Positions 38,201-51,600 of a DNA stretch of 64,000 nucleotides are shown piece by piece; the first letter of the stretch is position 1; each line of letters opens with the position of its first letter. Source of the stretch: Macrostomum lignano (Eukaryota); assembly GCA_002269645.1 (NCBI GenBank), contig NIVC01002130.1:10038-74037 (forward strand), read 5' to 3'. Both the position numbers and the translations under genes were made by a program. The notes beneath the pieces were generated by a model. That model was not told the origin of the DNA, did no database searches, and saw only the letters and a list, made by a program, of their open reading frames with translations.

Positions 38201-39899
38201 AGTTGATTTCGAAATTGTTTGATCATAATTTGCAAACTAACGGCATCACTCACTTCCCGTTATTCTGTAAACATTCTAGAAGTCAAGGGGCAGCTAGAAA
38301 GTGGCGAAACTTTTATTTTCTTTCGAATAGATAATTAATACCAAGCTACACTAAAAGGAACGCATCTTCTTTGTCAAACTTTAGTCTAAATATACGATAT
38401 AAGCATATTTTTAGTCAAAATAATGAAATATTTTCGCCGGTAAAATCAAGCTAGAGGACGTGACCTTTTATTAATTTAAAATTCTAACATCGAACCGTCT
38501 CTGTATTTGCAAAACTGACTTAACCACTCTGCTGCTTTTCACTTTTTTTTTCTACTTGATCCCCACCCTTCGTTGTTTTATGCATACATGAGTAACAATT
38601 GCACATGAGCAATTTGCTGTGAAGAGTATGTTTGGCATAGCATATTAGCTTTATTGATTTTTTACTTGCTGAATTTTCCGTTAACGCCGTCGTTTCTGTT
38701 AATTTAAAAGTCAGCAGTTTTTTGTTTTAAATCGTTCTATACTCATAAATATTTTTAGAGTACACGTAAGCTTTCAATTATGTATTATGAACTTACCGAA
38801 ACATTTCCTACCTGTCTTCATTCCCAGCACTCTGCAGTTACTATGAGGTTGAGTTACATGTATTTGTAATCTTTCAAAGTTCTGCGGTTTGGAATTACGG
38901 ATTGATAAAATATATTTTCATGAATTAAAAATTGTTCTGATACATATTTTTGTTACAATAATAACTCGCTAATCATACAAGTCGTAAAGTCTCAGAACAC
39001 GTGCAACACGAGTGCGTGGACTTTTTTATGTGGCTGTAATTAAGAATACAATAAATTCAAATACTGTAGGACTCAAATGTCAAACTAGACATTTAAAGCA
39101 ATATAATAACAGCAGCTACGAAAATAGAGTATTTTATTTAATTAGAATATATAATAATGTATAAAAACGATTATAACTTTAAGGCAGCAATAAATCAATA
39201 AAGGAAACAATTGTCATAACATATTAAAGCATATAACAGCTTCTGCAAATTACGTATAGCAAATTAATTTGATTATATAGCTTCCATCAGGGATATTAGT
39301 AGGACAACTAATGTAGCAGATACTTCGCTAAATCAATTACCATTAAAACTTCTCATCTCATTTCCTTCTACTCTTAGTAGGCAATTCGGGATTTTGCTTT
39401 ATTTACGAGCTATTTATTCCGGGACTTGTTTTTGCCATTTTCAAGCATGCTGTACTTTTTGTGTGTCTCTGGAATCGGCTATGACTTCAAGAGCCCCTTC
39501 TAGTTGGAAACCCGGTTTTAAGAGAGCTCATGACTTGGTGAAGCTAGTCGCCCTGGTGGAGGTGGATTGGCTTAATCTCCGGATTAGCTGATTTCGTACC
39601 CTTTCAAATTCTTCCTGAATTGTCTCTCTCGCATCTTCTCTTGGCTAATTAGGACTTGTTGACGTGTTTGCTACCTCGGGCTTATATGAGTAATAACTGA
39701 GACAGAGTTATTTATACATTTAATATAACAATATATAACCATGGCCGGTAAGGGTCATGACAGGGGATCGAATATCCTTCCGATTTTGCTTCAATTTGCT
39801 TCGATTTTGCTTCAGAAGGACGTACGTTTCTGAGCCTGCGAGAGGGGCACGGAACCGCGCGCGGCACGAGATTGCCGGGGTTTTGGGTGCCCGCCCATC

Positions 39900-40090
39900 T
39901 GTCCCTGTGGAGGGAAGTCAGCCCAGTCATCGATCTGACGATTGATGACCGTCGAGGGCATAGGGACCAAGGGGGCAGGGCCAAAGAAAGAGCCAGCTAG
40001 AGCCGCCCCTCTTGGCGAGGGTGTCTGCCAGCTCATTCCCCGGAAACCCTGCGCGTGCCCTGGGATCCATCAGTAAGCACAAATTTTTAT
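39900..40090 (-). mobile_element. Degenerate non-LTR retrotransposon RNase H fragment
   Basis: The minus strand reads WIPGHA, a frameshift, GFPGNELADTLAKRG, then in another frame SFFGPAPLVP...INRQIDDW. This is the usual C-terminal RNase H signature of RNase H-bearing LINEs. Confidence 0.8.
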
Positions 40091-42644
40091 GAGGAAGAAA
40101 AAAGCCTATGTTGTTGGCACTGACAAAACTCAATTTCATTTTCATCAAACTCCAACTCTTTATTGACAATTGATTGACGCAACTTTTAAAAACCTGATTT
40201 ACTTTCGTCAAAGTACGTCAAAATCGTCAATCTACTGCCATAATTTAGTCAGATGTATGTTTCAGCAAAAGAACGTTAAGTTTGCTGGGACTGGGAACCA
40301 AGAGCAGATGGAATAAAACACCTCCCCCCAACCGCGGAGGGGTGGGCGCCCTTCAAACCAAAATGAGACTTCAGAGCGTATACATGCGGCGGGGACATGC
40401 ACATAAAGAGCATGAAAGAGCACAAAGAGCATGATATTGAAAAGGAGTTTGTCTAAAATAAATGTAGATTTACATTTATAGAGCCAAAAGTGTCAAAGTT
40501 GAACTTCGAATTGTCTAAAGTGAAGTGTAGTTTGAATGAAATCGAAGGTAAAATGGTATATTATATTAACCGAAACGTCTGTTCACCGAAACTTTCGGTT
40601 CCCAAGCCGAACATAATAAACCCCGAACCCGAAAAAATTGGTAAATGGAAGAAACTAATATTTAATATTTTAAAAGAGCAACTGAAATAACAAAATACGT
40701 CAATGAACTTGTGGGCAAAACCCTTAAAAAACAAAAAATAATTTTGTGGCTCAGAAAATTGTTTTTAGTACATTATTAGGTACGGACCTGTGTTGTAATT
40801 TTTAAAGCTGACGAAATAAAATGTGCTTGCGAACTTGCACTTGTGTCGGAGTCGTCATTGGTAATAGGCCTATTCTAACATGGTCAATGGTGTAATATTT
40901 TGTGCAACTAAGCTAAAAGCAGAGCATTATTGGCATGACGCTGTGGCCCGTGGGGATAATATTTTTATTATTTGCATAGGACTGTGGGAATAAGCACGGC
41001 ATATTAATATTATTATATTGCTGCATGACATTAGAATATTATATTATTCAAGGGTGGTGGGGGGTGGGTGTTGGAATTAAACGAACGAAACTTGAAGATT
41101 GCCGAATATTATAATTGGGCCTGTAGCGGTAGTTACATTGGTCATTGAGTGAAAAAATCACTTTTCAGTATTTTCACTTGTTTTTCATTTTAATTATATG
41201 CTAGGGCCTATATAAAAAGAGATTTACACTTTTTTGGGGGAGCTTACACCAAGTGTTGGACTTCACTTACTATTCCTTTTTTTAAATTCTTATTAGGCCT
41301 GAGCCCTAGTAGGACTTAGAAATCCCTATGAACCATTAAGCCCCCAAAGTCCTGAATATGCATAATGTATGCAAATTGTTTGTCTTGCATCCATAAAGCT
41401 TGGTAGAGGATACATTATCTAGAATAATAAGCATTAAAAATTTTAAGCAAATAAAAAACTTAGGCTCCTTAAGGCCTATTATATTATATTATACTATGTA
41501 ATATTATGCATATGCAATGCAATAGGCCCTATTAGACTGCATGGGACCTTGTTATATATTAAAATTTTCTTTACAAAATAGTATTTTCATGAATATAGCT
41601 TAAAGTTAAGCAAAAGCATAACATTTAAAACAATAGCCAATAGGGCCTAATCCTTTTGCCATTTTGGCTTTGATTATTTAAAAAAATTATAACTTATAGA
41701 TACAAGTAGTAATATAGTCATAAAATAATATTATAATATGTGACAAGCCTTATGGCTCTATCTTTTTAAATCATAATTGTTGATCTCTGTCTATTAAATT
41801 TCCTACAAACTGCCACTAAGTTATGCGTAACTTCTATTTTAGTATTTCTAACTTCTTATTTCCTAGAATTTCATTTGATATATGTATATCTGGTAGCATC
41901 TTATGTATGGCTCTGGTAGTGTCTTATGTATGACTTTGGGGGTCTAGTAGTGGTATATGAATTAGTCCAATCAGGCATTACCAAGACTAGAGGGTCACAG
42001 TGCCTTTCTTAATATGTTTCTACAAATTATTTTGCAATTCCCTCTCTTAGCAACTTCATAGCAATTTCTTAGCACTGTTCTTAGCATTGTTCTTAGCCTT
42101 TTTAAATGAATTAAGTCACTTAATCCAAAGACTTTGAAAATTTATAGATTGAACTGCTTTTATTGCTTGCTATAGTTTTTCATAGATATCCAGACAATTG
42201 AGTTTACTTGGCTGCAAAATTGCTCCTATTTATACCCCAAGTTTCCTAATACAATTATAATGAAAAATATTTCCCCAATTTATTTTGTGTAGTAAAACAA
42301 AATATTTGGTGCATTAAAACAAAATACTTATTTTGAGCAATTTCAGTTTTTAAGAAATTGTACATTATTACTTATACAGTATTTGAGCACTATTACAAAT
42401 ACACATAGCCTACACATTAAAAAAACCATGTAATGTAGAACTAAAAAGCATTAATAAAAATGCTGATTATAATATATAAAAAGTTATAAAAATTCTAATT
42501 TGTCTAGGCCTATAAGAGATTGATAGGAATCTTTTATTAACTTTTGTTAAATCTACTTTAGTTGAGTAAAGCTATTGATAAAGATATTTTTAAATAAAAG
42601 CTTGAATATAACTATAGGTTATTACATTAATAAATTAGCCCCTT

Positions 42645-42935
42645 CATACATGTGCAACCTCCAAAATTTGGTTGGCCATGCAACTTAGTTTTAACAAAAA
42701 TGCAACATAGTTTTTCGCCAAAAATGCGACTTACATGTAAACAAAACCTAAAGCAAATTTAATGCAAATTTGGGTAAATGGCAGGAATAACTATGACTGT
42801 CTTATTAAGACAGAATGCCTTGTCATCTACTTAGTATTACTTTGATATTTATTCGGGTGGGCATTTTTGCAACTTACATTGGTTGGCCGCCAAATCAGTT
42901 GATTGGCCGACTCAGCCGACTGTTGCGCATGTATG
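42645..42935. mobile_element. hAT-type MITE, 291 bp
   Basis: TIR catacatgtgcaac / gttgcgcatgtatg. Exact 8 bp target duplication AGCCCCTT at 42637-42644 and 42936-42943. Confidence 0.88.
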
Positions 42936-44038
42936 AGCCCCTTTACATTTAAATTAACTCTTAACCAATCAATAATATGAAATATAGTATATAAAATTTA
43001 AATTTATTCTTAAATTATATCCATTAAAATAAAAATCCCATGACCTATACTCCTATTGGAGGCAATTTTATTATAACCAATTTCTTAATCAATTAGACCC
43101 ATTGTCATTTCTTTATTAAAGTTATTAGATATTTTAAAAAGGTAAAAATGAGAAAATCAAAAGCAAATATATCTTGACATTGATGCAATATAAATCAAAT
43201 CTAGCTTTTTATATAGTCTTATGCTATAGTAGTCAAGTCAGGATCATGTCTATTATGCACTAAGAAAAGTTTTAGTGTTACCAAAATTAAGTCAATTTGA
43301 ATAAGCTAAGCTAATAAACTAACATTTAATGATTTTTTATTAATATTTCTAAATGTTTCCAAATATAAAAAAAATCATAAAGAAACAAAACAAATGCAAA
43401 TGTAAAATAAATATTTTTTTTAAATAAGAAAGTAAATAAAAAAATGATAAAGCTTGTCATTGTAGTATGAAACTAGCTAGGCTTTGCAATATTAGATAGA
43501 GTCTATGCTAAGAATAACACTAGGCCTAGGCCTCCTGCCTATCAGCTTGTTAATGGCCTACCAAGTATTAGTGTGGCAGCAATAGCTAGTCACTAGTCAC
43601 TAGAATTTCACTTACTGCTTCTTTGATAAAGATCATAGTCTATTGGACATAGAAGCTCTATAGCTGGTCTTAAGCAATATTGGCCTAGTTTCTTCTGTGG
43701 CCATGAATGACAATAAAGTGTTACACCTGTTGTTTTGCCTATAGAATTTCCAGGTCATTGTCCTATAATGTCTTGTTGATATGCTTTCTGCCTTGGTAGG
43801 ATAGCTACTATGTTTTCAATACCACTAGTAAAGAAGTCAATAGACTGGGGTTGTAGCATATACTCTACCTAAGAAAGGCTATCCAAGTCTCCAGTTTCTT
43901 GGTCAACCTAGAGCAAGTATAGTGGGGAAGGCTTTAGCTTAGTCCAGCATTGGTCAATGTCACAGGCCATTAGGCTATGGTTAGACTTCATGCAAATAGG
44001 GTAGAAGAATTAGTCTAGCTATGTGGTCTGCTTGCTAG

Positions 44039-44230
44039 CAGGGGCGTAGCTAGGATTTCCTATGGGAGGATACACCAAAGTGGATTTTTTAAGGGGGGGA
44101 TATACCAAGGTAAAAGTGCTATGACAGAGTCACATGATAGCATGTATAGCAACAAAGGGCAACAAAAAAGTTTTGGTCAGGCTCTTCAAGGGAGGATATA
44201 TCCCCATTATCCCCCCTCCCTACGTCCCTG
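44039..44230. mobile_element. hAT-type MITE, 192 bp
   Basis: TIR caggggcgtag / ctacgtccctg. Exact 8 bp target duplication CTTGCTAG at 44031-44038 and 44231-44238. Confidence 0.88.
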
Positions 44231-47200
44231 CTTGCTAGGGCCTTAAAAAATCAAGAGCTTACAGAGATACTGCTTTAACATATATAATATATGCAACATA
44301 ATGAAAGGTTCTTTAAATTATATATTATTATAGTCAATGATATATCCTTTTATAGCTTACATTTTTTGTATTTTTCCTATTAATCTAATCTTACTATTGA
44401 TGAACCTACAAGATTTGGGATAATAATATAGATATCATAGAAAAAAGGATATCTGTATTCCAAAGTATATATATATATCCAGAAAATACACTAGCATTGA
44501 CTAGGTTAGATATAAATATATTATATAGTTAGTATCATTGGGTGTATTATATGCCCATAGTTTATAAACAATTATGCTAACTTAATATTTAAGATACTTG
44601 TATTAGTCAATCTTCAATCAAGAAAAAGGCCAAGTGTATATTTATCCTTAATGCCATAAGGTATTTATCTTTTGCACTAAATGTATGCAATAATCATGAT
44701 TATATTGCATAATATAATCAGGTGCAAAAAATAGTAGGCCTAAACTGCAATCATATAAAACAGATATAATCATCAAGACAAGTATAAAAAAGAACATAAG
44801 GATAGATAAAACTTTTGTTAGTTAAAAAATAAATACAAGTTGCATAATAAAAAGAAACAAAAAAACCATAAATACTAAGTTGACAATTAAGATTGACCTA
44901 TAAACTTATTAAAAATGGAATCACTGTTTTTAACATATAGGATAAGATTAGTTCACACTTTATTATACAATATATAATTACAATTATATATTGTATTATA
45001 TATTGTATTATAATTATATAATTACAATGTATATTGTACACTTTAAGATTCTATTTAACCTAAGATTCTATCTATTAGTTAGACTAGTTAGCTTCCATTG
45101 CTCTGAAAATAAATGGAATGGAAATGAATGAATGAAAATAAAAATTGGGCTCTTATCTTACTTCTATTTGTTAATATAAGAATTTGGCCATATTGTTAAT
45201 TACCTTTTAGAATAAGCCTATATATCATTTATAGGGCCTTGCATATATAAAAAATCAGATAGCCATTGAATAGAATGTATACATATTAGATATAGAAAGG
45301 TGTTCTCATTTTTATTCTAATATTCTATATAAGGTATAGTCTTATAGCTTTGTATCTATTTATGACTTTAAAGAAATTGTTTATAGCAATTGTTGCAAAT
45401 TATGATGTATCAAGTAAAAAATTGATACAATAAAATTATGCTTATCTAGCATTAAACACTTAGATTAGCAATTGAAGACAACTAAATAAAGATAAAAATG
45501 AAGTGAATGTACCAAAGTATAAAAGATTATAAATATAACTAGAATACATACATAAAAAATAAATGATAAAAAAGTAGAAAGTAGAGAAAGATTTTGAAGA
45601 AAAAACAAATATTTTCATATTGTATTTCCAATTACTAATACTATCCATATAGACTGCAGATATAGTCTTCTTTATCCTTCCTATTGCTAAATTTACCTGA
45701 CCTTTAGAAGTACAAAAGTCTACAGACTTCATGTTTACAGATTCCTCAAAACAAATAGTCAATGATAATGTCTAAATTTCAAGAATCCTAGGAATTCTAA
45801 AGATAATAATACTGTAGTGGCCCATGCACAGTCATCAGAAAAATGTGGATTTTCTCTAAGGAATCAAAGCAGTGCAAATGCTGATGCACTTTTATTCTTG
45901 TCAATTTGCCTTAAGGCTCAAGCATATTTTGGGAAAACAAAACAAGGGAGCAGTGTTCTGGGATATACCAATGCCTGCAGAGATATGGCATAAACAAAAG
46001 CAAAACTTGAATGGAACAAGAGAGTGGCTTCGCCAAATAAACAATAAGAAAATTGATAATAGTATATCAGTGCCATAGTTTGTTGTACTACTTGATGTAA
46101 TAATGATGCATTAGATCTACCATAATAATGTGGTAGTTGCGGTAGCATGAGGTGGTTTGTATGTGCATTCTCTTAATGCACAACATGCCCCTATTTCAGA
46201 AGCTGCTTACAAATATTACCTATATGTATGGGTTATATGAATAAAGTATAAAATTGCATGGGGAAACTATTAAAGCATGAATACATCTTTTATTCAGTTT
46301 ATTGTTAATAGGCAAGGTAGTTATTGCTCACTGCAACTTATGAGAATGCTACTGGGTAAATCTCTCTTGGGTGGTCAATGGTCTGGCAAACTTCATTGCA
46401 GCTGGACCTGTTGGTCTTTGGGCAGCTTGTTTGCATCGGATATTGGAATAGCATCTTCCTTATTATCATTGGCATCTAAAGGCAGGTTTTTAGATGCCAG
46501 CTGATTAGTGCTAGCTAACTGCAACCTATTGTCAGCAAGAACCCACATTGATTTGATTGAAATATAAATTGTAGAAAATATTCAACCTAATTTGAATAGT
46601 ATCTTTTTAACTTGAAAAACAGGATACTAATTTAGAATTGGGGTCCAAATTCAATATACCAGAATTAACATTGATACACCATGACATACACAATTATATA
46701 AAAGCATAGAATTCTTGTTGATTTTGGCTTATATCTATTTGTTTTAAAAAACATTCAAATGAATATAAAATTGCTAGACATTTTTGTCTAGTATAGTTTG
46801 TGTGGACCTAAAGGGCTAAAACCAAATTAATTTTGTCTAACATTTATTTAATGATGTTTATTGCTATAAAAATAATTATGTTAATTAATTATAAAAATAA
46901 TAAAAATAATTAATAAATATTAATTATTTATTCATTTTAATCAATGTTTATTGCAATGTTTTTTGATGGATACTTGAAAATGAAATTTTTGAGTATTAAT
47001 TAATATCTTTATCTATATCTTATATCTATAACTTCTTCAGTATATTATATGGTAGTTAGCATCCAAATGGATTGTGCTATTAGAATGTTTTATTGACCAG
47101 TGTATTAGAAAAATATCTGCATTATTCAACAGATTGTAAACACACTATATTTATAGTCATATGCTGCAATTGTCAATTAAAGCATAAAGTAAGCCAATAC

Positions 47201-47694
47201 ATGTCCTCCATTCTTCCACCATAATATCTGTCTGCCTTCAGTTACCTATTGGTGTTTGAATTGTTGGCAGATAGATTTTTTAATCAGTCTGAAATCTTGT
47301 CGACTGTAAATTGGTGGTTACATTAATTGCATTCAATTGTGGTATGATAATAATTATAATTGTGCCTAGAGGGTTACAACTATAGATGCCATCCAGCTCT
47401 ATTGTTGGCCCTATTCATATTACTATTAGTATTAGGCTTGATATTATGCACATACTATAACAACTAGATGTGTCACTCGCAATTAAGTTGTGAAAACACA
47501 GAGCGTTCACTCTTTGCCATTAGTTTGTCTGCGCAGTGTCATTTAAATTTAATATGGTAGCAAACATTTCCTTTCCTTTCTCGGGATTTGTGGCCTCTAT
47601 ATGGGGTTAAAAATGAGCAGGCATTCAACTCGATGTACGAGCGTACACAAGTGTACGCAAGACAGACCGAAACAGAACCTAGGGGACAGGCTCA

Positions 47695-47905
47695 ATCTAG
47701 CTCAGCCAATGAGAGAGCAGTAAGGAGAGAGAGGGGGGTCAAAGTCAGACGCACAATACTCAGTCTAGCGGGCAGGCCCAATCTATCAATAACTCAGCCA
47801 ATGAGAGAGCAGTAAGGAGAGAGTTCAAAGTCAGACGGACGAAACTCAGTCAAGGGGGCAGTCCCAATCTAGCTCAGCCAATGAGAGAGCAGCCAAGGAG
47901 AGGTC
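47695..47905 (+). promoter_or_regulatory. Triplicated CCAAT-containing module, candidate promoter of the downstream RRM gene
   Basis: ctcagCCAATgagagagcag occurs three times (about 47703, 47796, 47876), where CpGs reappear after the CpG-poor block. Function is inferred only. Confidence 0.4.
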
Positions 47906-48689
47906 AACGTCAGAAGGAAGCGGTCAAGAAGAAAACCTGACTGTTTATTGGCCTGGTGGGGGGCTTGGGGCAGCCACCCCTTTTCTCTCTTGTTCACTCT
48001 GCACACGCACTGGAATGAGTTTAAGTTTTCCCACAATTCAAATCTGAGACATTCTTGACTCTTGAGTCGGTAAAACAGGATGAAGATGCTAATTAAATGG
48101 GTCTGCTTGTAGAAAGCCAGAGGTGATTGTTGAATTTTGAAGAACTTTAAATATCTTGTAAAACTTCACCGCATGTTGCGAGCGACATATCTAGTCATTC
48201 TCATATCTGTGGTTATTGCACTGTCAGGTAAGTATATAACCTTCAAATTTATGATCTTGTTTTACCTTAATAAACACTATTATTGCTTTTATATAGGACA
48301 TGAATGACAACCGCATATTCTGATGCTAATGCCATCCTTGCCGATAAACTAAACCCTGCACTGTCCATGACAGATACATTATTATTCCAGAAATGGCTAG
48401 ATCGCCAAGCAGGCACTGTGAGTACTATATTCCTATTATTATTATTAATATTAATCCATATTTAATAAGTTGTCTCCTAGTTCTTGTTAGCCCATTGATA
48501 AATGCAGACTGCAGCTTTGACAACTTGCAAGTGAGTGAAATTGTTAGTCGAGTGAAAGTTAGTTGTGTTATTAGCCCTCCGGGCATGTTGCTGCTCATGC
48601 CGGCTTGAGCTGAACAGTGGACTTTGTTGTCTCCCATAATTGGTAGTTGCTCAGTCCGGCACTGTAGCCATCTATTCCATTCCGTTTAG

Positions 48690-51600
48690 CCATCGAGTCC
48701 CCTGAGCGGCTCGACTTCAACGAAGATGATGACGATCTGAACCTGCTGGGCGACCCGGGGACCAGCGGAAAGAAAATCTCCCTCACCCAGGAAGAGGAGG
48801 CTGAGCTGCTTGGCTCTACAGATGACGAAGCAGATACGGAATCGCCTATGATTATTAGCCAAGAGGATCCGAATGCTGTGGGTGAGTTCCTGATGGAGGG
48901 GCGGGGCACTGAGGTTCCTGATGGAGGGGTGGGGGGCACTGAGGTTCCTGATGGAGGGGTGGGGCACTGAGGTTCCTGATGGAGGGGTGGGGCACTGAGG
49001 TTCCTGATGGAGGGGTGGGGCACTGAGGTTCCTGATGGAGGGGTGGGGCACTGAGGTTCCTGATGGAGGGGTGGGGCACTGAGGTTCCTGATGGAGGGGT
49101 GGGGGGCACTGAGGTTCCTGATGGAGGGGTGGGGCACTGAGGTTCCTGATGGAGGGTGGGGGGCACTGAGGTTCCTGATGGAGGGGTGGGGCACTGAGGT
49201 TCCTGATGGAGGGGTGGGGGGGCACTGAGGTTCCTGATGGAGGGGTGGGGCACTGAGGTTCCTGATGGAGGGGTGGGGCACTGAGGTTCCTGATGGAGGG
49301 GTGGGGCACTGAGGTTCCTGATGGAGGGGTGGGGCACTGAGGTTCCTGATGGAGGGGTGGGGCACTGAGGTTCCTGATGGAGGGGTGGGGCACTGAGGTT
49401 CCTGATGGAGGGGTGGGGCACTGAGGTTCCTGATGGAGGGGTGGGGCACTGAGGTTCCTGATGGAGGGTGGGGCACTGAGGTTCCTGATGGAGGGGTGGG
49501 GCACTGAGGTTCCTGATGGAGGGGTGGGGCACTGAGGTTCCTGATGGAGGGGTGGGGCACTGAGGTTCCTGATGGAGGGGTGGGGCACTGAGGTTCCTGA
49601 TGGAGGGGTGGGGCACTGAGGTTCCTGATGGAGGGGTGGGGCACTGAGGTTCCTGATGGAGGGGTGGGGCACTGAGGTTCCTGATGGAGGGGTGGGGCAC
49701 TGAGGTTCCTGATGGAGGGGTGGGGCACTGAGGTTCCTGATGGAGGGGAGGGGGCACTGAGGTTCCTGATGGAGGGGTGGAGGGGGCACTGATGTTCCTG
49801 ATGGAGGGGTGGAGGGGCACTGAGGTTCCTGATGGAGGGGTGGAGGGGGCACTGAGGTTCCTGATGGAGGGGTGGAGGGGGGCACTGATGTTCCTGATGG
49901 AGGGGTGGAGGGGCACTGAGGTTCCTGATGGAGGAGTGGAGGGGGCACTGAGGGTCCTGATGGAGGGGGGCACCGATGTTCCTGATGGAGGAGTGGAGGG
50001 GCACTGAGGTTCCTGATGGAGGGGTGGAGGGGCACTGAGGTTCCTGATGGAGGAGTGGAGGGGGCACTGAGGGTCCTGATGGAGGGGTGGAGGGGGCACT
50101 GAGGGTTCTGATGGAGAGTAGCTAGCAGAGGGGGTAGCTCTGTCACTAGTGAAGCACTTATTGAGTGTGTCTAACCGGCAATTTTCTCGTCAGCTGGTCT
50201 CAGTTCCAGTCAAAACGCTTAGGCTCATAAAAAATGTCAACAATGCAAATTTCTAGTCCTCACCATTAATGCCGAAGCTGATGAAGGCGTCAGCAATCAG
50301 CAGCAGCAACAGGAGCAGCAGCCTGTCGCAGTCCCCGAGCCGCCATCGGACGCATCTCCGCCAGCTGTCGCTGCCGAGCTGCCCGAAGAAGACTGCAATA
50401 ATTCGTCAATCGCTTCGTCGCCATTGTCAACATCGAGCGACATTTCGCCGGCCCCGGCCAGCAGTAATGATGAGGCCGCGAATAGCGCTGCCGGCGAAGG
50501 CTTGGCTACTACTGAGCCTAACTTAACCGCGTCGCCGAAAACTGCCCCTAACAGCGACGCATTATTGTCGACTGAAGCTGCTCCTAGCTCTAGTGACGCT
50601 CCTAGTGACGAGGCAACCGCTGGTCAGCCAGGGTCCGTGCAGCCGCAGCGGCGCGAGCGCAAGCGCCTGTTGCCGCCTAGCAGTAGCGGCGGCGTCGGGG
50701 ACGGTCGGTCTCCCCGGCACTCATTTCCGCTAGCCGATCCAAATACGGTGTTTATCGACCTGACTGGCGAGTCTAGCAACGATGATGACGAAGGCGAAGC
50801 TGACAACAGCGGTTGCAGTAAGGCTGAGACTAACAAAACTGTAAGCGATAATAATAATAATAATAGAGGCTCCGCTGAGGTGCAACAAAATCAGCAGCAG
50901 ATCCCGTCAACATCTGGCAGTGTAACACAAGCCAGTGCGGACCTACGCCAGATAATAAATAAGCAGCGGCAGCTTAAGCGTCGCCAAGCAGAAATTCTTC
51001 ATGGGCCTCGACGCCATTCGTTGACCAGCTCTGCACCTGCTGCCGCCACCGCTGCGCCAGCTGGTCGTGGTGCTGGTGGCGCCGTTTTCAGTTCCGGCGC
51101 CGCATGTAGATTTCAGTGCCCGCCATGGAAGCAGGTCCAGCAGCAGCAGAAGAATGCTTTTATTGTCCGACCGCATGGAGGTGCCATGCTGCCACAGCAG
51201 CAGCATCGGCCGCCGTGGCGCCAGCCGTATCATCCTCAGCAGCAGCAGCCACCACAGATGCGCCAGCTGCATCCTCAGCATTCTCAGCAGCAGCAGCCGC
51301 CACAGATGCGCCAGCTGCATCCTCAGCATTCTCAGCAGCAGCAGCCGCCACAGATGCGCCAGCTGCATCCTCAGCATCCTCAGCAGCAGCAGCCACCACA
51401 GATGCGCCAGCTGCATCCTCAGCATTCTCAGCAGCAGCAGCCGCCACAGATGCGCCAGCTGCATCCTCAGCATCCTCAGCAGCAGCATCAGCACCATCAA
51501 CAGCAGCAGCCGCTGTCAATCGGGCAAGTTGGCAGCGCCATTGCCAACCGTCATTATTATAATTATGACTCAGGCGCCGACGCTGACGATGAGCTGCCGT

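Noticed and set aside
48595-50146. Minus-strand Pro-rich ORFs of 414-490 aa
   Set aside because: Translations of the intronic 26 bp minisatellite.
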